The notes beneath the pieces were generated by a model, which worked only from the letters and a program-made list of their open reading frames with translations, did not search any database and was not told where the DNA came from. The translations under genes were made by a program, and so were the position numbers. Shown here piece after piece: positions 1 to 8,565 of a DNA stretch of 64,000 nucleotides (the first letter of the stretch is position 1; each line of letters begins with the position of its first letter). The DNA lies in contig JAKSQV010000002.1 in assembly GCA_024403935.1 (NCBI GenBank), positions 22,492-86,491 on the forward strand, read 5' to 3'. Origin of the DNA: Ruminococcus sp. (GTDB taxonomy: Bacteria > Bacillota > Clostridia > Oscillospirales > Ruminococcaceae).

Positions 1-2
1 AT

Positions 3-221
3 CCAGATGCGCGGATAATATGCTCGCTCGGCATTATGCTTGACGAGCCCCTGCCATTTATCGAAAATGCCGTAAAGCGTTTCTGTGACAGCAGAGTCAG
101 CGTATTCAGGTTCACAGCGCAGGACGGTCTTCTCGGGTTTGGCTCGAACTGGCATCCTTCGGAAGATACCCAGCACCGCGCAGGTGAGGAGCTTGCTGAC
201 TGCATAAGAACAATGATATGA
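3..221 (+). CDS. C-terminal part of an SGNH/GDSL-type esterase (CE2-like), truncated by window edge
   Basis: Frame open from base 3: PDARIICSLGIM...GFGSNWHPSEDTQHRAGEELADCI; the WHPS block resembles SGNH block V. Confidence 0.55.
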   Translation, partial: PDARIICSLGIMLDEPLPFIENAVKRFCDSRVSVFRFTAQDGLLGFGSNWHPSEDTQHRAGEELADCIRTMI

Positions 222-295
222 CAGGGTTTGCCGCAGCACTCACATTGACGGGAAACACTATCCCACGCATTACAAAAAAGAAAAGAGGTACGGTT

Positions 296-742
296 ATGAA
301 AAAATGTTTTTCGGCTGCAATGATACTCTGTATGATGCTGACATTCATCGGCTGTGACAATAATTCAGACAGCAGCAGTGAAGACTCCGCTTCTACATCA
401 ACTGCAGCAGCCACAACAACGGTCACAACCGCATCAGAAACCACCGCCGCTACAACAAGGCAAAAAACAGCTGATACCACATCAGGTACAGTCACTACAT
501 CTGCTGCGGCCACAGGTTCAGCAGAAACCGTTACATTTGTTACAAACGACAATGAGCTTCCGATCATCACAGGCGGGAATCAGGACACAAACACTGTTTC
601 CGGCGAAAATACGACCGCCGCAGCAGTCACGACTGCAAATGAAACAGCCTCAGCATCAGGCTCCGAGGCTCAGTATACAATCAGCACAGATGAAAACGGA
701 GCTATTATTTTTCCGTTTATACCATACGATGATATGCAATGA
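296..742 (+). CDS. Ser/Thr-rich lipoprotein (148 aa)
   Basis: GAGGT RBS before ATG 296; MKK + hydrophobic stretch + lipobox FIGC; low-complexity S/T/A body; stop overlaps next start (ATGA at 739-742). Confidence 0.8.
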   Translation: MKKCFSAAMILCMMLTFIGCDNNSDSSSEDSASTSTAAATTTVTTASETTAATTRQKTADTTSGTVTTSAAATGSAETVTFVTNDNELPIITGGNQDTNTVSGENTTAAAVTTANETASASGSEAQYTISTDENGAIIFPFIPYDDMQ

Positions 743-1482
743 AAAAGAATGTTTACAGAATAGCTGATACGGTTTTTGGTATTGATTCCATGTACGAAGA
801 AGTACACAATCTGTGCAGTGATTACAGATGCAGCGAAGCTCCCGAATTTACCATATCCACCACTCAGCCCGACATTGATTACGAACGCGAAAAAAGCAGA
901 CGTGAGGATATAAAAGAAGGTATCCCCGTCAGGAGCTTCAGCGACAGCTACCTCGAAACACTTGCAGTTTACCGTAAGCTGTGCGAAATACTTATCGGCA
1001 GAGGTGTGCTCCTGTTTCACGGCTCGGTAATAGCTGTTGACGGAGTATGCTATCTGTTTACTGCAAAAAGCGGTACGGGCAAATCCACCCACACCAGACT
1101 GTGGATGGAGTATTTCGGAGACAGAGCCGTTATGATAAACGATGATAAGCCGCTTATCAGGATAAACGATACCGATGTCACGGTTTACGGTACTCCGTGG
1201 GACGGCAAGCACCATATAAGCACAAATACCTGTGCTCCGCTGAAAGCGATATGTATTCTCAACAGAGGAACAGAGAACGAAATATCAAGGATATCAAAAT
1301 CCGAAGCTTATCCCATGCTTCTCCAGCAGACTCACAGACCGATGGATGCGGAGAAAATGAAAAACGTTCTTGAGCTTATCGACAAAATGTGCAGAAACAT
1401 CAGCCTTTACAAGCTCAGATGCAATATGGAAACCGATGCTGTCACAACAGCGTACAACGGAATGAATACGGAGGGAGCGTAA
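739..1482 (+). CDS. HPr-kinase-like P-loop kinase (PadeK/ScmC-like)
   Basis: LLFHGS, Walker A AKSGTGKST, INDDKP and YGTPW motifs typical of HprK-related kinases. Confidence 0.75.
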   Translation: MKKNVYRIADTVFGIDSMYEEVHNLCSDYRCSEAPEFTISTTQPDIDYEREKSRREDIKEGIPVRSFSDSYLETLAVYRKLCEILIGRGVLLFHGSVIAVDGVCYLFTAKSGTGKSTHTRLWMEYFGDRAVMINDDKPLIRINDTDVTVYGTPWDGKHHISTNTCAPLKAICILNRGTENEISRISKSEAYPMLLQQTHRPMDAEKMKNVLELIDKMCRNISLYKLRCNMETDAVTTAYNGMNTEGA

Positions 1483-1739
1483 TGAAGCTTAAAAATGAAT
1501 TCATCACCCACATGGATGATGAAACACAGATAATGATAGATGTATCCGCAAAATTCAGCGGTCTTATCCGAAGCAACAAAACTGCTGCCGAGATAGTTGA
1601 TTATCTGAAGGAGGATACGACTGAAGCTGAGATCGTTTCAAAAATGTTCGAGAAGTATGATGCTCCCGAGTCAGTCATCGCAGCAGATGTCAGCAGCATC
1701 GTTGCAAAGCTCAGAAGTATAGGTGCTCTTGATGAATAA
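1482..1739 (+). CDS. PqqD family / RiPP recognition element (RRE) protein
   Basis: 85 aa from ATG 1482 (TAATG overlap, GGAG RBS); three short beta strands then NKTAAEIVDYL...EIVSKMFEKYD...DVSSIVAKLRSIGAL helices. Confidence 0.8.
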   Translation: MKLKNEFITHMDDETQIMIDVSAKFSGLIRSNKTAAEIVDYLKEDTTEAEIVSKMFEKYDAPESVIAADVSSIVAKLRSIGALDE

Positions 1740-2190
1740 AACATCATTCGGGGAGTATCTTCAGCAGTACGGCGTGCTCACCTACAGAATAAAGGGTGTC
1801 AGCATGAAGCCTATGCTCAGGCAGGGCAGAGATTCGTTCACTGTTGTCAGGAAAACCGATAAACGATGCAGTAAGTATGACGTTGTGCTCTATCACAGAG
1901 CTCCTGATGAATACGTCCTTCACAGGATAATCAAGGTCAGGGATAACGATTATGTGATACTCGGAGACAACTGCATCAACAAGGAATACGGTATCAAAGA
2001 CGAAGACATCCTCGGCGTCATGACCTCATTCGTCCGCAAAGGAAAGGAACATCAGGTATCCGAATCTGCATACCGCTTGTATGTCAGGCTGTGGTGCATG
2101 AGCGCACCTGTCAGGATACTCCTGAAAAAGCTCAAAGGCAGGATCAGAAAAAATGATAATAAAAAACAGTACGGTCAAATGGATCTCTGA
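1732..2190 (+). CDS. S24/S26 family peptidase (signal-peptidase-like, Ser-His type)
   Basis: KGVSMKPML catalytic Ser motif, YVLHRII, ILGDN; no N-terminal transmembrane helix. Confidence 0.8.
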   Translation: MNKTSFGEYLQQYGVLTYRIKGVSMKPMLRQGRDSFTVVRKTDKRCSKYDVVLYHRAPDEYVLHRIIKVRDNDYVILGDNCINKEYGIKDEDILGVMTSFVRKGKEHQVSESAYRLYVRLWCMSAPVRILLKKLKGRIRKNDNKKQYGQMDL

Positions 2191-3844
2191 CGTTGTAGGA
2201 AAGCATAAGTTCAAGATACTGCTCCTGTGCATCATCCAGGCTGTACTCGGCGGATGCGGCGTACTGTACGCAATGCTGCTCAGAAACGGCATAGACTGTG
2301 CTGTGGAAAAGGACAAGCCCGGATTCATGGCTGCCCTGATATCCGTTATCCTGCTTATCCTTTTTCAGATAACGCTCAGAGCTGTCCTGAGACGGCTTGA
2401 CGAACTGACGCGTTCGTCCGTCGAAAACAAACTGAAAAAACAGCTTTTCGGCGTCCTGCTGAAAAAGGATTATGCCTCGGTAACACGGACTCATTCTGAG
2501 GAATGGCTCAATCGCCTTACCTCTGATACAAAGGTCACAGCAGACGGAACAGTTGATATTCTCCCGGGAATAATCAGAATGGCAGTACAGCTTGTCGGAG
2601 CCCTGACAATGCTCGTAGTCATCGAGTACAGATTCCTGTATGTCCTTATTCCGGGCGGACTTATAATGCTGTTATTCACATACGGATTCAGAAAAAACCT
2701 GAAAAAAATGCATAAGGCGATTCAGGAGGCTGACGGCAAACTGCGTATATTCATGCAGGAACATATCAGCAACCTTATTATCGTCAAGAGCTTTTCGGCA
2801 GAAGATAAAACAGCCGCAGCAGCTCAGGAAAAGATGTCCGATCATCAGGATAAAAGAATGAAGCGCAACAGCTTTTCAAATATATGCAATATCGGCTTCG
2901 CCATTGCAATGAACGGTATGTATCTCATAGGCTTTGCTTACTGCGGGTACGGCATTATCAGTGCAAAAGTCAGCTATGGTACACTTACTGCGGTGCTTCA
3001 GCTCATTACACAGGTCGAAGGTCCCTTTGCAAATATCACAGGCTATCTTCCGAAGTTCTATGCGATGACAGCAAGTGCAGAGCGTCTGCGCGAAGCCGAG
3101 AGCTATGCGGATGATGACTCCGGTCATACCGCTGACAGCGAACAGGTCAGAAACCTTTACGAAAATGAACTCGCATCTATCCGGCTCAGCGGCGTAAGCT
3201 TTTCGTATATTCAGGAAGACGGCGAAAAAACAGTCCGCAACGTTGACTTTACTGTACGCAAGGGTGACTATGTCGCTTTCACAGGTCATTCAGGCTGCGG
3301 CAAATCCACTGTTCTGAAGCTCCTGATGTGCCTTTATAAATGCGACAGCGGAGATATACGGCTTAATATGACAGATTCCTCATCTGTTCCCATGACAAGT
3401 GAATGGCACAGACTATTCGCCTACGTTCCACAGGGAAACCAGCTTATGAGCGGTTCGATAAGAGAGATCGTCTCATTTGCTGATGAAAAAACAGATGACG
3501 AAAGGATAGCGGAAGCTCTGAAGATCTCCTGCGCTGATGAATTTGTCCGCGAACTGGAGAATGGTACAGATACCGTTCTGGGTGAGCGCGGAACAGGACT
3601 CTCTGAGGGACAGATGCAGAGAATTGCAATAGCAAGAGCTATTTATACCAATTCTCCGGTGCTTCTTCTTGACGAAGCCACAAGCTCACTCGATGAAAAA
3701 ACCGAACGTCAGGTGCTCGACAATATACGGAGCATGACCGATAAAACCGTTATCATAGTTACTCATCGTCCCGCGGCACTTGAAATATGCAATAAGATAC
3801 TCGATTTTTCTGAAGAAGGAACGGTAATGAAGAAAAATGAATAA
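2153..3844 (+). CDS. ABC exporter, fused permease + ATPase
   Basis: N-terminal TM helices; GHSGCGKST Walker A, LSEGQMQR signature, LLLDEATS Walker B. Confidence 0.92.
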   Translation: MIIKNSTVKWISDVVGKHKFKILLLCIIQAVLGGCGVLYAMLLRNGIDCAVEKDKPGFMAALISVILLILFQITLRAVLRRLDELTRSSVENKLKKQLFGVLLKKDYASVTRTHSEEWLNRLTSDTKVTADGTVDILPGIIRMAVQLVGALTMLVVIEYRFLYVLIPGGLIMLLFTYGFRKNLKKMHKAIQEADGKLRIFMQEHISNLIIVKSFSAEDKTAAAAQEKMSDHQDKRMKRNSFSNICNIGFAIAMNGMYLIGFAYCGYGIISAKVSYGTLTAVLQLITQVEGPFANITGYLPKFYAMTASAERLREAESYADDDSGHTADSEQVRNLYENELASIRLSGVSFSYIQEDGEKTVRNVDFTVRKGDYVAFTGHSGCGKSTVLKLLMCLYKCDSGDIRLNMTDSSSVPMTSEWHRLFAYVPQGNQLMSGSIREIVSFADEKTDDERIAEALKISCADEFVRELENGTDTVLGERGTGLSEGQMQRIAIARAIYTNSPVLLLDEATSSLDEKTERQVLDNIRSMTDKTVIIVTHRPAALEICNKILDFSEEGTVMKKNE

Positions 3845-4958
3845 TATTGAAGCTGCAACATTATACCTGTGCAGATGCGTTCTCAACAGTACTTCTGCTG
3901 ATGCTTCTGAGCTGAGCGATATTGACCTCGATTCGCTGTACAAATTCTGTGAGTATCATTCGGTCACAGCTATGATATGCTATGCTCTTGAATCAGCAGG
4001 AATAAAGCATCAGCAATTCTTACAGGCAAAGGAAAAGGCAATACGCAAGAATCTTCTCCTTGATACAGAACGCAAAAGGATCCAGAAATTCCTGAATGAA
4101 GAGCATATCTGGAATATGCCGCTCAAAGGAGTAGTGCTGAAAGAGCTCTACCCCAGACTCGGTATGAGACAGATGTCTGACAATGATATACTGTTTGACG
4201 CAGAAAAACGTTCCGAAGTGTCTGCGTTTATGAAAAAATCAGGCTATGAGCTGTTGAACGCATCCGATCTCTATTGTAAGGAATGGCTGAAAAAGCCTGT
4301 ATATAATTTTGAAATGCATTTCGCACTTTTTGCCCCCGGCGGAAATGCTGCGTTTTACAAGTACTACAAGGACATTTTTTCAAAGCTTATCAGAGTCGAC
4401 AACGATGGCTATGAGTACAAATTCTCCGACGAGGACTTCTATCTGTATACTCTTGCCCATGCCTATAAGCATTACTGTATCGTCGGCTCGGGTATCCGCA
4501 CACTGATCGACTTCTACGTCTATCTCACCCAAAAAGGCGATCAGCTTGATTGGGAGTATATTTCCGCAGAGCTTGAAAAGCTCGGGCTCACCGACTATGA
4601 AGCACTGATGAGAAACACTGCTCTCCATACTTTCGGCAGCGGTTCAGAGCTGAGCACCGAGGAAGAAGAAGCTCTTGAATACATGATCGGCTCAGGTACA
4701 TACGGCACCAATCAGAACTTCATTAAGAAAAGCGCCAAGCTGCTCAAAGCAGACAGCAAAGCAGAATACGTTTTCAGGCGGATATTCCCCAATATGGCTT
4801 TTTTCAGGAAATACTACCCTATCACCGAAAAATATCCGTTCCTTGTCCCATTTGTCTGGGTGTACAGAATGATACACGCACTTCTTCACCGCGGCGACCT
4901 GATAAAGAGCGAAGTCAGCGCGATCAAAACAATAGACAATGATGATCTGAAAAAATAA
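3837..4958 (+). CDS. Nucleotidyltransferase family protein (NTP_transf_5-like)
   Basis: PLKGVVLKELYP...RQMSDNDIL, FEMHF, HAYKH...GIRTLIDF motifs. Confidence 0.8.
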   Translation: MNNIEAATLYLCRCVLNSTSADASELSDIDLDSLYKFCEYHSVTAMICYALESAGIKHQQFLQAKEKAIRKNLLLDTERKRIQKFLNEEHIWNMPLKGVVLKELYPRLGMRQMSDNDILFDAEKRSEVSAFMKKSGYELLNASDLYCKEWLKKPVYNFEMHFALFAPGGNAAFYKYYKDIFSKLIRVDNDGYEYKFSDEDFYLYTLAHAYKHYCIVGSGIRTLIDFYVYLTQKGDQLDWEYISAELEKLGLTDYEALMRNTALHTFGSGSELSTEEEEALEYMIGSGTYGTNQNFIKKSAKLLKADSKAEYVFRRIFPNMAFFRKYYPITEKYPFLVPFVWVYRMIHALLHRGDLIKSEVSAIKTIDNDDLKK

Positions 4959-4988
4959 GAAAGCGACACCTGAATGGTGTCGCTTTTC
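4959..4988. terminator. Bidirectional intrinsic terminator
   Basis: aaagcgacacc-tgaat-ggtgtcgctttt between convergent genes. Confidence 0.8.
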
Positions 4989-4993
4989 ATTTG

Positions 4994-7816
4994 CTATTTC
5001 GTGACAGAACGGTTCAGCGTGCGTATCGCGGGAATTGATGCAGCAAATGCTATTGCCACATTCAAAGCCGCAGATGCTATCAAAGCAGCCACACTGCTCT
5101 GAACTTCCGAACGTTCAAATATTAACCGCATTATGAGCTGATATCCGGCAATGCTGACGAGCGTTCCTCCGATAGCCGATACCGCTGAAAACAGCAGGCT
5201 TTCAAGAAGCACCGTACCGGTTAGCTGTCTGTGTGTCATGCCGACTGCTCTCATCATCATCAGTTCACCGCTGCGGTTGAGCGCACTGGAATTGATGGTA
5301 TTCATCATGGATACGATTCCGCACAGCCATATTGAAAGCATGAATATCAAAGCGATCTCAACAATAGATTTGATGAACGACATCATTCCCGTTCCTGTCA
5401 GGTATTCATCATAGAACTCGTCAGTCGGCTTCAATACAGACTTGATCAACTCCTTTGCCGCCGGATAGTGCTCGGGATCCGCTACTGTAAGGAACAGGTT
5501 TTCGTCCATATATACGCCTTTTTTGACAAGCTCATCACCAACGCTTTCAGGCAGAAGGATGACAGATGAATACCCTGCATGAGCAATGCCGCGTAACTCA
5601 TAGCTGAATCCGCTCTCACCGTTAAGTGAGACTGGAGATGAAAGCTCATTATAACCGTAGCCGTAGCTTGTTGCTTGAAAGTCATAATCCATCTGCGGAA
5701 GAATAAGGATAGGCTTGCCGCTTTCAAACTCCTCATAGCTCATTCCGAGAAACTCTGCATAGCTCATCTTATTATTCTCACCATCCGAGGTATCCATATC
5801 GGTAAGTCCTATGGGAAACTCAAATGTTTCTTTATCCATAGTCTCCATACCAATAACAAAGGAATCAAGATCTTTGAATTTTCTTTCAAGTGCTTTCTTT
5901 TCGTCACCGAGCTTTTGGAGTTCGTTCATTTCAAAGCTATCAGAAAGGTTTCCGGAACACCTTGAATATGAGAAGTTTCCGCTGTCCATGAGCTGCTCCT
6001 GAAGGTCGCCGGCATCAAGCTCGTTCAGATAGATGTAAAAATCAAAGCGCGGCTCATCAAGGCCCATCTCCTCACGCACTTCTGAATACAGCGAGATTCC
6101 GAGCTGGAGACATATCGTAAATAACAGCACTCCCAGCCCCATCGCCACCGATGAGATTATGAAGCGGCTCTTTGTCCGCAGGATATTCTTCATCGTGTAG
6201 CGTATCATGAAACGCTTTGACGAAAGATTCAGCTTTGACTTCCTCTGCTTTTTCGCAGCGCGCTTTGAAGCCTTTTTCGTCTTGGGCTGACCGAATTTCA
6301 ATGCCTCAACAGGCGAAAGCTTCCTTGCTGCCCACATAGCTGAGGTATAGGTAGAAATAAGTATTCCCACAAGGCATAGTGCTACGCATATCAGCATCGT
6401 CAACGGACTAGCATAGAATTCAAATACGTCTAATCCTACGCTGTTCAGGGACTCAAATACGTGCTTGCAGGCAAATGTGGATGCCACGATGCCGAGAGGC
6501 ACAGCTGTCAGCGAATAGAACAGCCCCTCTATGAAAACAAGAGTTGAAAGCTGCCCCTTTGAAGCTCCCATGATTCGCAGTGCCGCAAACTGTCTGCTGC
6601 GCTCCTGAACCGATATTTCAAATGCGTTGTCGATAATGAAGCGCGAGAAAAGCCAGACTATCAGAAGAAGTATGAGATATACGGCTATGAAAGGCACAAC
6701 TGCTCCCATACCTTCAACGCTCCTGAATGATACTATCATATAGGGTGTATTGAGGTCGAGCTTATAGCCGTGCATGGCATACTTGAAATCTTCATAGGCA
6801 TCTTCTTCGTCAAAGCCGAGGTCCTTCAGCAGCAGCTTCATATTGTACTCAAAAGAGGTATTCGGATTGGTCTTGACAAAGCACGATGATCCGTTATCAT
6901 ACATATAACCGACAGGCGATTCTTTCAGCGGTGACAGGTCAACAGAAGAATTTGCAGGGATATAAAACGTCAGAAATGTCCCCTGATCTCCCGAAGGTGT
7001 AAATCCTGCTATTCTTCCCGTAACAGTAACAGACGTACCCGTTTCGCTGTCCGAGAGGACAATATCATTCATATCAGAGTATTCCTGAATATAATACCTA
7101 ATAGGCCTTCTGACGATGCGCCTGCCGTTACGGGCATCATTGTCAGGCTCCTCGCCTTCAATAATGTAGTATAAATTCTCGGACTTTTCATTTGCTTCCG
7201 CGATACCTTTGCGGACAGCCTTCATTGTATCGGAATCCTCTTTAATCATACCTGATGAAGGAGTTATGGTGACAGAGAATGTGTCCCCTTCCTTATAGCC
7301 CTCATCCTCAAACCATTGAGGAACCCTCACTTCATCGGGAGCAAGTACGTCCGAGCTTATGCCAAACGAAGCATATCTTCCCAACTCAAGAGCTCCTTCC
7401 GCAGAAGTGCTGCCTACTGAGGTCATTCGCTTCTTTCCTCCGCGGTCGAGCTCAACATCAAAAAAACCAAACTGAGAATCAAGCCCTTGCTCGGAAGTGA
7501 AATAATACTGTTCGTTCAGATAGATATGATACTTATCAACAGCAACATGGTCGGAGATTATCTTTGCGGCTTCGTATCGGGAATTTACCGTAGCGGACTC
7601 ACCTGCTTCGCAGGCATCGAGCACACCGCTCATGTTTGCTTCCCATTCGCCGTCCTCATAGATAAACTGATTCCGCAGTGTCCGTATACCGCTTGCCGTA
7701 TAGATGAGAAATGTGTTCAGCACGAGCACCGCCAGCATAACGCTCAGGAACATCAGTGCTGTGCGAAGCTTCTGACGTGTGACATATTTCAAAGCAAGTC
7801 TGAAAAGATGTTTCAT
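4994..7816 (-). CDS. FtsX-like ABC transporter permease
   Basis: Two FtsX-type TM blocks (ERSRQFAALRIMGAS; RSGELMMMRAVGMT) separated by large extracellular loops. Confidence 0.85.
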   Translation of the reverse strand: MKHLFRLALKYVTRQKLRTALMFLSVMLAVLVLNTFLIYTASGIRTLRNQFIYEDGEWEANMSGVLDACEAGESATVNSRYEAAKIISDHVAVDKYHIYLNEQYYFTSEQGLDSQFGFFDVELDRGGKKRMTSVGSTSAEGALELGRYASFGISSDVLAPDEVRVPQWFEDEGYKEGDTFSVTITPSSGMIKEDSDTMKAVRKGIAEANEKSENLYYIIEGEEPDNDARNGRRIVRRPIRYYIQEYSDMNDIVLSDSETGTSVTVTGRIAGFTPSGDQGTFLTFYIPANSSVDLSPLKESPVGYMYDNGSSCFVKTNPNTSFEYNMKLLLKDLGFDEEDAYEDFKYAMHGYKLDLNTPYMIVSFRSVEGMGAVVPFIAVYLILLLIVWLFSRFIIDNAFEISVQERSRQFAALRIMGASKGQLSTLVFIEGLFYSLTAVPLGIVASTFACKHVFESLNSVGLDVFEFYASPLTMLICVALCLVGILISTYTSAMWAARKLSPVEALKFGQPKTKKASKRAAKKQRKSKLNLSSKRFMIRYTMKNILRTKSRFIISSVAMGLGVLLFTICLQLGISLYSEVREEMGLDEPRFDFYIYLNELDAGDLQEQLMDSGNFSYSRCSGNLSDSFEMNELQKLGDEKKALERKFKDLDSFVIGMETMDKETFEFPIGLTDMDTSDGENNKMSYAEFLGMSYEEFESGKPILILPQMDYDFQATSYGYGYNELSSPVSLNGESGFSYELRGIAHAGYSSVILLPESVGDELVKKGVYMDENLFLTVADPEHYPAAKELIKSVLKPTDEFYDEYLTGTGMMSFIKSIVEIALIFMLSIWLCGIVSMMNTINSSALNRSGELMMMRAVGMTHRQLTGTVLLESLLFSAVSAIGGTLVSIAGYQLIMRLIFERSEVQSSVAALIASAALNVAIAFAASIPAIRTLNRSVTK

Positions 7817-8505
7817 TTCAGCGTCCCCTCGCTTTCCGTGAGGATACCGTCCTTCATACGGAAAATGCGGTCAGCCTGCGCCGCTATGGACAGGTCATGC
7901 GTGATAAGTATAAGAGTCTGGGCATATTTTCTTATCGAGCTTTTGAGTATCTCGATTATTTCATGGCTGTTTTTGCTGTCGAGATTACCTGTCGGCTCAT
8001 CTGCAAGAATGAGTTCGGGCTTGTGTATCAGAGCCCGTGCAAATGCAACTCTCTGCTGCTGACCTCCGGAAAGCTCGCTCGGGAAGCTCCTGCGCTTGCT
8101 TTTCAGCCCTGTCAGCTCAAGGAGCTCTTCAAGATAAGCCATATCAGGTCTGGTGCTGTCAAGATTGAGCGGAAGAACTATGTTCTCCTCGACATTCAGC
8201 ACAGGTATGAGGTTATAGCTCTGGAAGATGAAGCCGATATATCTCCTTCTGTATTCGGAAAGCTTGTTATCGTTCCTGCCTGTTATCTCCTCATCGTTGA
8301 AAAAGACCTTTCCCGACGTAGGAACATCAAGCGAGCCGATGACATTCAGCAAGGTCGTCTTACCGCTTCCGCTTTCTCCGGTCACAGCGACAAATTCTCC
8401 GCGCTTTATCTCCATAGACACATTATCGAGAGCCATTACCTTGTTCTCACCTTCGCCATACTGCTTTACAAGCCCCTCTGTCTTCAGGATAATACTGTTG
8501 TCCAT
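7813..8505 (-). CDS. ABC transporter ATP-binding protein (LolD/MacB-like)
   Basis: GESGSGKTT, LSGGQQQRVA, LADEPTGNLD. Confidence 0.95.
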   Translation of the reverse strand: MDNSIILKTEGLVKQYGEGENKVMALDNVSMEIKRGEFVAVTGESGSGKTTLLNVIGSLDVPTSGKVFFNDEEITGRNDNKLSEYRRRYIGFIFQSYNLIPVLNVEENIVLPLNLDSTRPDMAYLEELLELTGLKSKRRSFPSELSGGQQQRVAFARALIHKPELILADEPTGNLDSKNSHEIIEILKSSIRKYAQTLILITHDLSIAAQADRIFRMKDGILTESEGTLK

Positions 8506-8548
8506 AAAAAGACCTCCTTTCTTATTGAGATCATAGTAACACAGTAAT

Positions 8549-8565
8549 CTTACACTAAAGTTACA
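8549..8565 (-). promoter_or_regulatory. Putative OmpR-family tandem binding site upstream of the ABC operon
   Basis: TGTAAC-N5-TGTAAG direct repeat (11-bp period) on the minus strand, followed by a -10-like TACTAT/TATGAT. Confidence 0.45.

Noticed and set aside
218-295. N-terminal extension of the lipoprotein given in the ORF track
   Set aside because: RBS and signal peptide fit ATG 296. Upstream extensions in the track were likewise trimmed for the ORFs listed from 1389, 12753, 30957, 31213, 37009 and 63772.
739-4958. Canonical lasso peptide cluster
   Set aside because: No asparagine-synthetase-like cyclase, B2 protease or short precursor visible in the window.
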